Assembly (NCBI GenBank): GCA_030390025.1
Contig: CM059432.1
Location: forward strand, 98,458,001 to 98,522,000
Direction of reading: 5' to 3'
From: Squalus acanthias
Lineage: Eukaryota
DNA length: 64,000 nucleotides
Shown here: positions 1 to 13,309 of the stretch, one piece after another
Layout: each line of letters opens with the position of its first letter
Numbering within the stretch: the first letter of the stretch is position 1
Made by a program: the position numbers and the translations under genes
The notes under the pieces: model-generated
The model's input: only the letters and a program-made list of their open reading frames with translations
Database searches by the model: none
What the model was told of the DNA's origin: nothing

Positions 1-1627
1 CTCCGGCCAGCCTTGTTGCAATAAGCACCTGTGAGTGGTTCGACCCACTCGCCCTTACGGTTCTAACACTGGACTTAGGTGCGAGAGCAGTAATGCAGAG
101 AAAAACTCAAATAGACCCGGTTAAATAGTACGAAATGGAAATCTTTATTGCATAGCGTCCAAAATCATGAAGTACATGTCATAGGTGCAAATTAATGAGA
201 GTACAAGTATAAATACATTCATAAAGCTTGGTCTATGGTAATGAAGAACGCACGGCACATCGTAAAAAGGGGAACACATTATACTTTATCCTTAATAAAA
301 CCACCCTCCCTTATCAATACCTACACTACATCTAGATTTGTAGGATCGGGAAACATGCTCACCACTCGTGATACTTCGGAGAATTTTAAAGTGAGGCACT
401 CGGCTCATTTCGCTGCAGCGCCTGACTGTCACGTGTTTGGAAGGGTCTCTGTACCCCACTTGTTTATCTTTGCTGCTGCAGCAAGCAGGCTGTGCTCCCC
501 GTTGTCATGAAGAACTCGACAGCACTCGGGCCCGGCTGTAGAACTCAAAGAAAAGTCTTCCTGTACCGACACCAGTTGTCGGTAGAATTCAAAGAAGAGT
601 CTTTGACCGGTTCGTGCAGTAACCTGTAGAGTTCAAGAAATGGGTCTTATATTTTCGGGTGCGGTCGGGGTTTACTGACCGCGGCGGCACGTGGATTCTT
701 CTTCTTCTCTTGTCATTTCGTCTTGTCTTGTTGGGCCTTCGGGTCCAAACACCGTTTACCGACTCTCGGGATGGTGCACCCGGTCACTTGCCTTCGTCAA
801 GGTGGCTCGTTCCGATTGAGCTCCACCCAACATTCGAATAACCGTCCAGTGCGGCTAAAGTCCAGAGTCAACAGAGTCCAGAGAAAACACAGAAGGCTGC
901 TCGTCCAGCAGAGCGATACCCGAGGATCAGAATAGGAGAATAAAAGTTCAGCCCGAGTCAAGAGTCCGCAGAGATAAGAGACCGATGGACATTTGTTCAC
1001 TATAGTTATAGTGCTGTGTTCCCTTATCTCCCGCCCAAATCTTAATGTTTGTCCTTTGTGAAATATTGGCGCTCAAAACTCCCAGCATGGGGCGATTCTT
1101 GTCTTTAATGGGTTTCAGTAGCACCTGAAACTGGCCAACTACCCGTTAATGTTTTCCCCATTGTTGACCCAGCCAGGATCGTATGAATCGTCTCCCTGAC
1201 TGGTTTTGGGGGCCACCGAATACTTGTTTAATCACCCGAGAATGGCTCTCTCATTGTAGAGCCGTGGGGGTATTTGTGTATTGATGTGTCTGGATGGGCC
1301 TTCGATTGCCCAGTACAATGAACCTTACTTGTGCATGGAAAACGATTCCAGCACTCATATCTTTTGCTATTGTCACAAATGCAAACAGGTTGCATCCTGT
1401 CTTTATCAGTGCTATCGAGTATGATCCCGTCTTATATTGAAATGTTTATTCGAACACCATCTTGTCTGCCCACTGTAATTCTGGAAGCTTCTGCCACGAT
1501 GCGCGGTGGCCATTTTACAGGCTTCTGTGTCCTTTTTAATCATGACAGCATTTCGTTTAAATAAACTGATCAAACGAATCTGCTTCTCTTTCGTTATTTT
1601 GAATCGCGATAATTGCGAAAATTTACA
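1..1627 (-). mobile_element. LTR (5' LTR or solo LTR, truncated by window edge) related to the LTRs of the provirus at 33289-42817
   Basis: The reverse complement starts TGTAAATTTTCGCAATTATCGCGATT, compared with TGTAGAATTCGCAATATATCGCGATT at 33289. It shares GCACTATAA (TATA), TATCACGAGTGGTGAGCATG and a ~150-nt AATAAAG...GAACCACTCACAGGTG block. Its 5' end abuts LINE sequence with no PPT. Confidence 0.9.
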
Positions 1628-3607
1628 GAAGGACATAACTGCCAGTCTGGGCCTGCGACAGGTGGTGAGAGAACCAACACGAGGGGAAAAACCTACTTGT
1701 CCTCGTCCTCACCAATTTACCTGTCGCAGATGCATCTGTACATGAAAGCATTGGTAGCAGTGACAACCGCACAGTCATTGTGGAGACGAAGTCCCGTCTT
1801 CACACTAAGGACACCCTCCATCGTGTTGTGTGGCACTATCACCATGCTAAATGGGATAGATTCAGAACAGATCTAGCAGCTCAAAACTGGGCATCCATGA
1901 GGCACTGTGGACCATCAGCAGCAGCAGAATTGTATTCCACCACAATCTGTAACCTCATGGCCCAGCACATCCCTCACTCTACCATTACCATGAAGCCAGG
2001 GGACCAACTCTGGTTCAATAAGGAGTGTCGAGGAGTATGCCAGGAGCAGTACCAGGCGTACCTAAAAATGAGGTGCCAACCTGGGGAAGCTGCAACACAG
2101 GACTACATGCATGCTAAAAAGTGGAAGCAGCATGCTATAGACAGGGCTAAGCGATCCCACAATCAGCAGATCAGATCAAAGCTCTGCAGTCCTGCCACAT
2201 CCAGTCGTGAATGGTGGTGGACCATTAAACAACTAACAGGAGGAGGAGGCTCCATGAATATCCCCATCCTCAATGATGGTGCAGCCAGCACATGAGCGCA
2301 AAAGACAAGGCAGAAGCGTTTGCAACCAACTTCAGTCAGAAGTGCCGAGTGAATGATCCATATTGGCCTCCTCCTGAGGTCACCACCATCACAGAAGCCA
2401 GTCTTCAGCCAATTCAATTCACACCACTTGATATCAAGAAACGGTTGAGCGCACTGGATACAGCCCTGACAACATCCCGGCTGTCCTGCTGAAGACTTGT
2501 GCTCCAGAACTAGCTGCGCCTCTAGCCAAGCAGTTCCAGTATAGCTGGAGTCAAACCTAGCAAAAAGGAATATGGTTGTGGTGGTTGGTGGTCAAACATC
2601 ACAGCCCCAGGACATCGCTGCAGGAGTTCCTCAGGGCAGTGTCCTAGGCCCAACCATCTTCAGCTGCTTCATCAATGACCTTCCCTCCATCATAAGGTCA
2701 AAAATGGGGATGTTCGCTGATGACTGCACAGTGTTCAGTGCCATTCACAATTCCTTAGATAATGAAGCAGTCCATACCTGCATGCAACAAGACCTTGACG
2801 ACATTCAGGCTTGGGCTGATAAGTTGCAGGTAACATTCGCGTCACTCAAGTGATGATCTCCAGCATGCGAGAGTCTAACCACCGCCCCATGACATTCAAC
2901 GGTATTACCATCGCCGAATCCCCCACCATCAACATCCTGGGGATCACCATTGACCAGAAACTGAACTGGACCAGCTACATAAATACTGTGGCAACAAGAG
3001 CAGGTTAGAGGCTAGGTATTCTGCGGCGAGTGTCTCACCTCCGGACTCCCCAAAGCCTTTCCACCATCTACAAGGCACAAGTAAGGAGTGTGATGGAATA
3101 CGCTCTACATGCCTGGATGAGTGCAGCTCCAACAACACACAAGAAGCTCGACACTATCCAGGACAAAGCAGCCCACTTGATTGTCACCTCAACCACCACC
3201 TTAAACATTCACTCCCTCCACCACCGGTAACCGTGGCTGCAGTGTGTACCATCTACAAGATGCACTGCAGCAACTTGCCAAGGCTTCTTCGGCAGCACCT
3301 CCCAAACCCGCGACCTCTACCACCTAGATGGAGAAGGGCAGCAGGTGCATGGGAACACCACCACCTCCAAGTTCCCCTCCAAGTCACACACCATCCTGAC
3401 TTGGAAGTATATCGCCGATCCTTCATCGTCGCTGGGTCAAAATCCTGGAACTCCCTCCCTAACAGCACTTGTGGGAGTACCTTCACCGCACAGACTGCAG
3501 CGGTTCAAGAAGGCGGCTCACCACCATCTTCTCAAGAGCAGTTAGGGATGAGCAATATATGCTGGCCTTGCCAGCGATGCCCAGTTAATTGAACGAATAA
3601 AAAAAAA
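1628..3607 (+). mobile_element. Decayed CR1-group LINE (Zenon-like) ORF2 and 3' end, with internal deletion
   Basis: ORF fragments [31 protein letters not shown] and YKAQVRSVMEY. Ends in an A-rich tail GAATAAAAAAAA. Multiple stops and frameshifts. Confidence 0.8.
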
Positions 3608-6340
3608 CTACTTAAAGCCTGCCTGCACCTCTTAATGGGGAGGTGCGTTCTGGCTGGAGCAGGTGCTGGAAGTGGTTGGGGAAGAGAGTCTGAACAGCAA
3701 GAACAGCGACCAATCATGCAACAGGGGAGAGAATGGGCTCCAAGGTTCTCCAATGCTGCACTGGAGGCCTTGGTGGAGGAGGTGGACAGGAGGAGAGAGG
3801 TTCGCTATCCACAGGGGGCAGGAGGCACTCAAGAAAAATTCTGCGATGGCAGTGGAAGCAAGTAGCTGTGTCGGTCAATGCCAGAAGTCAAGCCCTGAGG
3901 ACCTGGATACAGTGCCGCAAAAGGTTCAATGACCTCACATGAGTGGTCAAGGTCAGTGAATTCATCTTCAAATGCCATATCCCACCAAATGCACCACTAG
4001 CCTCACACACTGCTCAATGCACCACACTCCTATCACTCAACTACCAACAATCTCTATCAAACAGGACTCATACCACACATTCAGAGCTTCACCTCACCTT
4101 CACATACTTACCACTGCTGCAACCCTCACACCCACATCTCACAGCTTGCACAAACTGCTAGCTTTTCAATCATGACAGCCACATCACCCAAACATATTGT
4201 ACCACACATACTGAAACACTTCCCTCTCTTTTGCAGCACAAGTTGGCGCATAACCGGAGGCAGCAGGAGCTAACCAACGGCGGAGAGGCGCACCTGCATT
4301 ACCCCAATGGAGGAGGTGGTGCTCGCCATCGTTGGAGCGGCCACTACTGAGGCTGTGGCCAGCGGCGGGGCTGAATCCATTGAAGATAATGGTATCCTCA
4401 TACCTAATCATCCTTCTTACATCCCACTTCCTCCTCATCCCACAATATTGTTTTATTTAAAAGCTGCAGATGGTGTAAGCATGCATCTCTTACTTTTTGC
4501 CTTCCCCCCATTGCAACCCTGCCCTTGTGCCTTTCGCCTTTCAGATACCCAAGAACTGCAACCTGTCTAGGCAGTAGTGGAAGAGCAACAGGTGGAAGAG
4601 GAAGAAGGCAGTAATGATGAAGACACAGCACCGTCACTCGATTTCACACTCGCAGCCACCAGCTCAGATCCTGGGGCAGGCTAAAGGAGAAGGCTGATGG
4701 GTCTGCACAATGACATGCTTGGTGCTTTGGCAGGCCTGCCAGAAAGCCTGCGTGCAATGTCACGGAACAAGGAGGAGTCTGGCACCAACTTGGCACTGGA
4801 CTCCGCATACTTTAGATGCTAGCTTAGACATGGGATATGCACGTGGTGAGACACTAGGCACGAGTGGCCTGCAGCCAGGGCAGGGAGCAAGAGTAGCGCA
4901 GGTGCCAGTTCCCCGGAGGGCGAGGTCGCACACAAGTTCTACTGCAGAGGACCCAGATGAGCACTTTGATGGGGCAGGCTAAAGAAGAAGCCTGATGGTA
5001 TGCACAATGACATGCTTGGTGCATTGGCAGGCCTGCCAGAAAGCCTGCGTGCAATGTCACGGAACATGGAGAAGTCTGGCACCAACTTGGCACAGGACTT
5101 TGCGCAGAGCTGGGAGCCCATCATTTCCAGCATGGAAGTGGTGGTCAACTCCATTAGCACACTTGTGGACCCAACCATGATACAACGTCTGATGGCCGGT
5201 GTCACAGCTTCCATTGCAGCACCCAATGTCTTGTATGCTGCAGTGGAGGCTTAGACATCTGTTATGCAAGCTCAGACTGCTTCCATCGTGGCTGTGGTTA
5301 CTGGTGTTGAAAGGGGATTGCAGGGTGTCAAAGCAGTCCAAATATCAGTCCTCCAACAGATTACTAAGATTGTTGAGGAGCCAACCCGGGGGAGCAGTAG
5401 TAGCTCCATGGAGCACAAACCTGCTGTCCTCTCTCAGGATAACAATATTCCTCCTCCCACCCCTACCAGTGCCCTTGCTGTTGCCTGTCATCCAGCCAGT
5501 CCAGACCGCTTCCGCCCATGCTGAGATGTTGCAGTCCAAAGCCAGGCCTTCTAGGCCTAGAGCTGCTTGAGGTCATCCTCAAAGGTCATCTGCAGTTTCC
5601 TCCACTGAAAGTCAGCAGCCCTCCACCAGCTATGCTGCAGCCACTGGGGTAGCACTGCGTAGGAGCATTAGGGCAGGCAAAGGCAAAATGGAAGACGGGA
5701 ACTAAGGGAGTGTACAAGGGTGATAAGTTTACAAAAGCAAAATACTGCAAATGCTGGAAATCTGAAATAAAAACAGAAATTGCTGAAAATACTCAGCAGG
5801 TCAGGCAGCATCTGTGGAGAGAGAAACAGAGTTACATTTAATTGATTAGTTTACATTTATATGCATTATGGCATGATTTAATTTATAAATTTGGTTTGGA
5901 CTATTTATTTTGTGTTGGCTTTTATTTTTATATTGTGGCCAAGTGGACGCTGTGATGGTCAGTAACAAAGGGAAGGTAAGGTGTGGGACTGTTGGTGAAT
6001 ATGGAATTGGGGTTGCATTTACTGGTATCGCAGCCGGATGAGTCGGTCACGGAAAACCCAGCCAGAAAGGGGTTGTCTGGGTTGCCTCCTCCTCCTCCTC
6101 CTCCTCCTCCTCCTCCTCCTTCCCTTCCTTCTCTTTCTCCTCCTGCTCCTCAGTTGGTCATCATATGGCTGGTGGCAAGGGCTGTGCCCTAATGATGGCG
6201 AGGTTGTGCAGCATGCAACAGACCACCACGAATCTCGACACCTGCTCTGCTGAGTACTACAGGGCTCCTCCAGAGAGGTCGAGGCAACAGAAGCGTTACT
6301 TCAGCATGCCAATGGTCTGCTCGATGATATGTTGTTGTAT
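3608..6340. mobile_element. Decayed PIF/Harbinger transposon: Myb/SANT gene remnant (+, from ~3716) and transposase C-terminal remnant (-, ~6017-6335)
   Basis: WAPRFSNAALEALVEEV...WIQCRKRFNDLT. The minus-strand remnant has a CCMLHN-type motif and a poly-Glu (CCT)n tract. Same convergent layout as the elements at 43955 and 53243. Confidence 0.8.
5730..5836 (-). repeat. Short Penelope-type terminal repeat fragment
   Basis: Reverse complement of 30108-30210 (AACTCTGTTTCTCTCTCCACAGATGCTGCCTGACCTGCTGAG...GCAGTATTTTGCTTTT). Confidence 0.65.
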
Positions 6341-6777
6341 GAATGCTGCCCGCGTGTATGTGGGATGCGCACTGGAGTTATTTGTACAAATATTAAAAGG
6401 TCGTAAATTCAACTGTGGACGGTGCAATTTTATGTGTAAAATGGTTCAAAGGCCTACAAATTCTGTTAACCTCTGAAGAAACTTGAGCAGATTTTTGTTA
6501 GGTGAAAACAACTCCCAAAACATGCAATTGAGGAGCCAAACATGGCAATATGTCAATCAAAAAGTGACGTCAGCCTTCAACAACTCCTGGCTAAAAGTCT
6601 GGAATGAGAAAAACCCAAATGTAAGGCGTGTACGGTAAAATTGCAGCTCAACACATATATATGAGCACGAAAGAAAGTTGTAGCTGGGGAAATGTGAACT
6701 TCTCCCCTTTGGTAGGAAGATTGGAAAAGCAGAATATTTTTTAGAAGGTGAGAGACTGGTAAATGTTGGTATTCAGA

Positions 6778-9700
6778 GGGCGAGAAATTCGTTATAGCCA
6801 AGGAATGGGCGGTGTCAATGGAAAAGTTTGAGAAGTAGCACCAGGCACAAATGCTTTAGTCTTCATGAAAAATCTGTGCTCACTGCTCAATAAAATGATT
6901 GGAGTCCGAGATCAAGTCTTAAAAGCCAAGTTCATTGGCGTTAGACTTAAAAGGTGGACCAAAATCGGGTTCAGTCTAATCACAACTCATCATTGCCACA
7001 GGCTTTTTTCACTACTTAAAGGGGAGGTTCATTGATGCTGCAGCATCTCATTCTCAGCATTGCTGGCTGTGCAGCTGCCTCAGCAAGCAGAAGCAGAACA
7101 AGGAGAAGGAGCTGGAAGACTGAAGCAGGTGTGATCATGGCAGAGCCACACCCCAGGGAGAGAGCCACCAGATTCTCCGATGAAGCATTCGAGGCATCGG
7201 TTTTCGCTGTGGAGAGATGGAAGGCGGTGCTCTACTCAGAAAGTAGCGTGAGGCCCTCACCACAAGTCTTCCACACCATGTGGAGGGAGGTAAAGCAGCA
7301 CATCTCGGGCAGCACTGTGGTCCCCAGGATCTACACACAGTGCAGGAAGAAATTTAACGACCTCACTCGGGTGGCCAAGTTGTAGAGCATGCAGCAGACC
7401 ACCACAAAATGGGACACTCACTGTGGCTAGTACTGGAGGGCTCCTCCCGAGTGGTCAAGGCAGCGGAACTATTGCTTCAATAAGCTGATGGTCTGACTGA
7501 TGATGTTCCTGGTGGCAGCATGGCTCTCATTATATGAGTGCTGGGGACGAGTGTTGGGGTTGTGGAGGGGAATCATGAGCCAGGTGGAGAGCGGATAGCC
7601 CTTGTCTCCAAGCAGCCACCCTCGAGCCTGACGTGGTGGCTGGAAGAGTGCTGGCACACCAGTCTGGTGCAGGATGAAAGCAGCATGGCTGCTGCCAGGA
7701 TAGTGGGCATTGACATTAAGGATTCACTGTCTGTGGCCGCACACCAACTGCACATTAAGTGAGTGGTAGCCTTTGCGGTTACGGAAGATCTCAGGATTGT
7801 TTTGTGGTGCCCGCAAAGCCACGTGGGTGCAGTCAATGGCGCCCTGCACCATGGGGAATCCTGCTATCCTGGCAAAGCCACATGCATGCTCATCCTGCTT
7901 CTCTCTGGTGATCGGGAAGCCAATGTAGTCCCTTCTCCTGCTGTAGAGAGCCTCAGTGACCTCCTGGATGCAGCGATGGATGGCAAACTGTGAGATGTTA
8001 GTTATGTCTCCTGTTGCAGACTGGAAGGATCTGCTGGCGAAGAAATCGAGGGTCACAGTGAACTTGACTGCCACTGGGAGAGCCGTGGTCGCCCTGGTCT
8101 GAGGCTGGAGGTCTGGTTGCAGGAGGTCGCAGAGTTCTGTGACCAACTCCTTGGTGACACAGAGGACTAGAAAATGGATTAGGCCGGAAAACGGGCGGGA
8201 CCATCGCCCAGCGGCTTTTGCCTGCGCCCTTTCAAAGTGGTGCAGGCAGCACTCAAAATTCGTGCTGCCTGTTCATTTACATGATTTCAGCACTGATCTT
8301 AGCGCTATTAGCGCTGCTGGTTGTCTTAGTGCACAACACGGGGGGCCAACATCAGGTAGAGTTTACTGGCCAATAACATTTGACTGAGGCTCTCTGTACT
8401 ACTGAAAGGGAGGGGCTTTGTTGCAGAAGCACCTAATTGTTAGTCTACACAAAGCTATGGTCCAACAGCCAAGGGAAAGAGCTATAAGATTTTCTGTTGC
8501 GGCACTGGAGATCTTGGTCCTAGGGGTTCACAGACGCCATGAGATCCTCTACCCATAGGGGCAGTAGGCCTTCCAGCCAGAACACTAGAAGGATCTGAGA
8601 GGAGATTGCTCAAGCCGTCACTGTGACGTGTGATGCCCCCAGGACCTAGATCCAATGCTGTAAAAAGTTTAGTGACCTCACATGAGTGGTCAAGGTGAGT
8701 GAATGCATCATCGCATGCCATATCCCACCATCTACAAGATGCAGTGTGTACCATCTACAAGATGCACTGCAGCAACTCGCCAAGGCTTCTTCGGCAGCAC
8801 CTCCCAAACCCACGACCTCTTCCACCTAGAAGGACAAGGACAGCAGGCGCATGGGAACACCACCACCTCCAAGTTCCCCTCCAAGTTACACACCGTCCTG
8901 ACTTGGAAATATAATGCCGTTCCTCCCTAACAGTACTATGGGAGTACCTTCACAAAAAGGACTGCAGTGGTTCAAGAAGGCGGCTCACCACCACCTTCTC
9001 AAGGACAAATAGGGATGGACAATAAATGCTGGCCTTGCCAGCGACGTTCACATCCCACACCACAATCTTCACACACTGCTCATTGCACCACACCCCCTTC
9101 ACTCACCTACCAACAAACTCTAGCTATCACCACTCAGACTTCACAATCATAGCTTCACTTAACCCTCACAACCTTACCACTGCTGCAAGACTCACACCCA
9201 CATCTCACACCTTGCACACACTGGCAGCTATTCAACTATGGCAGGCACATCACCGAAACACATTGCATCACACTCACTGACACACTTCCCTTTCTCTTGC
9301 AGGCCAAGGTGGCGCACAACCGCTAGGAGCACCAGCAGACGGGTGGAGGGCAAGCTGGAATTGAGAACCTCACAGACCTGGTGGAAGCAGTGCTCACAAT
9401 AATTGGAGGGGCAGTGACAGAGTTCGTGGCGAGTGAGGAAGTGGAAAGCATCGCTGATGATGAGGGTATGTTCATACCTAATTCTTCTTCTCACATCCCA
9501 CTTCCCCCTCATCCCACAATCTCTTCTCACTTACAAGCTGCTGATGGTGTATGCATGGATATCTTGCTTCCCCACCCATCCCCCAACTCCCCTCATCACA
9601 ACCCGACCCATGTGCATTTCTCCTTTAAGATACCCAAGAACTGCCAGCAGCCCAGCCTGTCCCTGACCAAGAAGGAGAGTGAAGGAGAAGACTCACCATC

Positions 9701-11322
9701 ACGCGATCTGACACTCGTAGACACTAGCTCAGAAAATGGCACTTAAAGTGCGTACTTTAGAGGGTAGTATAGAGGCGGGATCAGCACATGGCACAAGTGG
9801 GCTGCAGCAAGGCCAGGGGGAAAGGGTAGCTCGGGTGCCAGCTCCCCGGAGGGCGAGTTTGCACACAAGTTCTTCTGCACAGGACTCAGATGATGACCTC
9901 GATGGGGTGGCCTTCAGAAGAAGGGTGATGGGCATGCACACAGAAATGCTAGGTGCAGTGGCAAGCTTGCCAGAGACCTCGGGTCAGTGTCAAGGAGCAT
10001 GGAGGGGTCCGGCTCCAACATTGCACGGGGCTTTGCGCAGAACTTGGAGCGCATGATTTCCAGGATGGAGAGAGGCCATTAGGTTACAGGTTGTGGTGGA
10101 ATACAATTATGTTACTGCTAATGGCCCACAGCGCCTCATGGACGTCCAGTTTTGAGCTGCTAGATCTGTTCTGAATGTATCCCATTTAGCACAGTGATAG
10201 TGCCACACAACACGATGGAGAGTGTCCTCAGTGTGAAGGCGGGACCTCGTCCTTCTGTCATGGACAGGTGCATCGGCGACAGGTAGATTGGTGAGGACGA
10301 GGTCAAGTAGGTTTTTCCCTCGTGTTGGTTCTCTCACCACCTGTCACAGGCCCAGACTGGCTGCTATGTCCTTCAGGACTTCAGTTGTCATTGAAGTTCC
10401 CTACCCAGAATACGTCCTGTGCTCTTGCTGACCTAGTGCTTCTTACAAGTGGTGTTCAACATGGGGGTGTACCGATTCATCAGCTGATGGAGGGCAGTAA
10501 TCAGCAGGAGGTTTCCTTGCCCGTGTTTGACCTGATGCCATGAGACATCATGGGGTCCAGAGTCAATGTTGAGGACTCGCAGGGCCATTCCCTCCCGATT
10601 GTATACCGCTGTGCCGCCACCTCTGGTGGGTCTGTCCTGCCGCTGGGACAGAAAATACCCAGGGATGATGATGGCTGCACCCCAATAATGGCCAAGTTGT
10701 GGAGGATGCAGTTGACCACCACAAAATAGGACACCTGCTCTGGTGTGTACTAGAGGGCTCCTTAAGAGCAGTGAAGTCAGCGGAACCATTGCTTGAGCAC
10801 CCTGATGGTCTGCTCGATGACGTTCCTCGTGACAGCTTGGCTGTCATTATATGAGTGCTGGCCACGAGTGGTGGGGTTGCAGAGGGGAGTCATCAGCCAG
10901 GTCACCACAACAACTTTAAATAACTTTAGAAATCTCCAAACAGTTGTACAAACTTAGGCAGAGCCAGTAGAAATCAAAAAGCAAGTCAGCTGCTAGTTGT
11001 TGACAATCCCTTTAAATAGCGTTGATGAGGGGTCCGTCCTGCTGTTGAATGCATGGTCAGCTGGTCGTGATTAGGAGAGGGCATTAAATGGAGTGGTGAC
11101 GTCGAAAATGTCAGATCGTGCGTCAAATCAGTGTTGCTCATTGACGTCATGATCTGGTCATCTAAGTAACTGGAGTGAGCGCAGGCAACAGCAGCGCTAC
11201 CGACTTCCCCAAAATGGCGATCGCCGTGGGATGCGCCAGAAACAGGTGGAAGCGAGGCGGATGCCATTTTTTCAGCAAAACTGGCCACAACGGTCGGCAC
11301 TAAAACTCCGAATTTTGCGGCC
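6778..11322. mobile_element. Scrambled Harbinger mosaic: Myb exons (+), transposase pieces (-, ~7382-8160 and ~10666-10902), interrupted by Zenon-like LINE pieces (~8736-9055 +, ~10145-10665 -)
   Basis: ERATRFSDEAFEA...[40 protein letters not shown] and [11 protein letters not shown]-like ends GGGCGAGAAATT (6778) and AATTTTGCGGCC (11322). Confidence 0.75.
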
Positions 11323-12465
11323 AAAGAATATTAACAAGGATGTAGCAAGTAAAGTATTAGAGAGCTGAAATTGCAGGCCTCTGCTGCCAGGACCGTGGGT
11401 TAGAGATAGGGCTAGAACAATGCAGCTTCAGGTGTGTGACCCTTGCTTGTGTACCGTGAGATTCGTACCTTACAATTTCAGCCTTTAAGAGTGAAGTATC
11501 AGGGTTATACAAAATACATTTTATATGTCATGATGGAAAAAAGAATATTCTGTAGGAAGTAATTTCACTGGTTAAATCACTATTTCAAATCCCATTTTGA
11601 AAGATAAAACTTCGACATAAGGGAAAAATGGAAATAAGTCAAAGCTAAGGGCACTAAATCTGAATGCGTGAAGCATTCGCAACAAAATAGATGAATTAAT
11701 AGCGCAGATAGAAATTAACAGGTTTGATCTAATAGCCATAACAGAAACGTGGTTGCAAAGTGGCCAATTGTGGGAACTAATTATTCCAGGATACTTAACT
11801 TTTAGAAGAGATAGGTAAAATGGAAAAGGAGGAGGGGTAGCCCTGATAATAAAGGATGGGATAAAGACAGTAGAGGCTATTTTAGATCTAGTACTGTGCA
11901 ATGAGAAAGGGTTAATTAATAACCTTGTAGTAAAGAGTGACCATAATATGATAGAATTTTATGTTGAGTTTGAAAGTGATTTATTTAAATCTGTAACTAG
12001 GGTCTTAAATCTAAACAAAGCAAACTACGTAGGTATGAGGGGTGAATTGGCTCAGGTAGATTGGGAAACAACATTAAAAGGTATGACGGTAGACAAGGAA
12101 TGGCTAGCATTTAAAGAATTAATACATAATTTACAACAAATATACATTCCTTAAAAGCACAAAAACCCCACAGGAAAAGTGGTCCAACCGTGGCTAATAA
12201 GCGAAGTTAAAGATAGGATTAGATCAAAGGAAGAGGCTTAAAATGTTGCCAAAAAGAGTAGTAAGCGTGAAGATTGGGAGGATTTTAGAATTCAGCAAAG
12301 GAAGACCAAGAAATTGATAAAGAAAGGGCAAATAGAATATGAGAATAAACTAGCGAGAGACATAAAAACAAACTGTAAAAGCTTCTATAGGTATGTAAAA
12401 AGGCTGAGACAGGAGAAATTATAATGGGGAATAAGGAAATGGCAGAAAAATTAAACAAATACTTT

Positions 12466-13309
12466 GGGCTGGATTTTGAAGTTGGAGTCGGGTTGGGATC
12501 GGGAATCACACATTCTGGCTTGTGAACCCGCCTCCATCGAGATGTGGCCAACCCACTGTATTTTCCCTTGATTGACCTTGTTGAGCCCGCCCAGTGGGCT
12601 CAGCAGGACAATTAAGGGCCACCCAGCAACAGGTGACGTCACAGACTGACATTTCATCTGTCAAGAGCTTTTGACAGATGAAATATCAGCGTTTGACAGC
12701 TCTGTGAAGCTGTCAAACACTCACAATATGATTTCTAACTTCAGTCCTTTCTTTCAGGCTGAGTTAGAAATCATTCCAGCACAGAAAACAGAAGGCTGCA
12801 GGTTTTGACAGAACCACGGCTTTCCTGCTTTCTGTGCCGGTGAGATTTCTAACTCCCGAGAACTGAAGGGCTGACACCTGCAGGAGGAAGTTAAGGTAAG
12901 TAAAACTTTTTCCAACACTTAGCACTTACCTTACACACTTACCTCTGCATACATGCACCCATCACTTACCTGCCCACCGGACATATCGACCCCTCCAACC
13001 CCTGCAGACCCACGGCCCGCCCCGATTACTTGGCGTGGTAGCCACCTGTCGGGAAGCCCACACTTTTCTTTTTAAAATAGGGATTATCCAAAAAACTGCC
13101 TGTTAACTATCTGTTAACAGGCAGTTAATTGTCACTAATCCCTTCCCGCCTCGGGGAATCGGGTCTCAGCACAGGGCGGGTACCCGCCGCCAGAGAAACT
13201 GGCATGGAAGTGGGTTGGAGTCGGGATGGGGTCGGGACCCCTGAATCTGCAACTTTAACCCCCCACACGCCTCCAAACCCGACTCCACGGGTCATTAAAA
13301 ATCCAACCC
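12466..13309. mobile_element. Harbinger-type MITE
   Basis: TIRs GGGCTGGATTTT / AAAATCCAACCC, 3-bp TSD TTT, interrupts CR1 cleanly. Confidence 0.85.
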
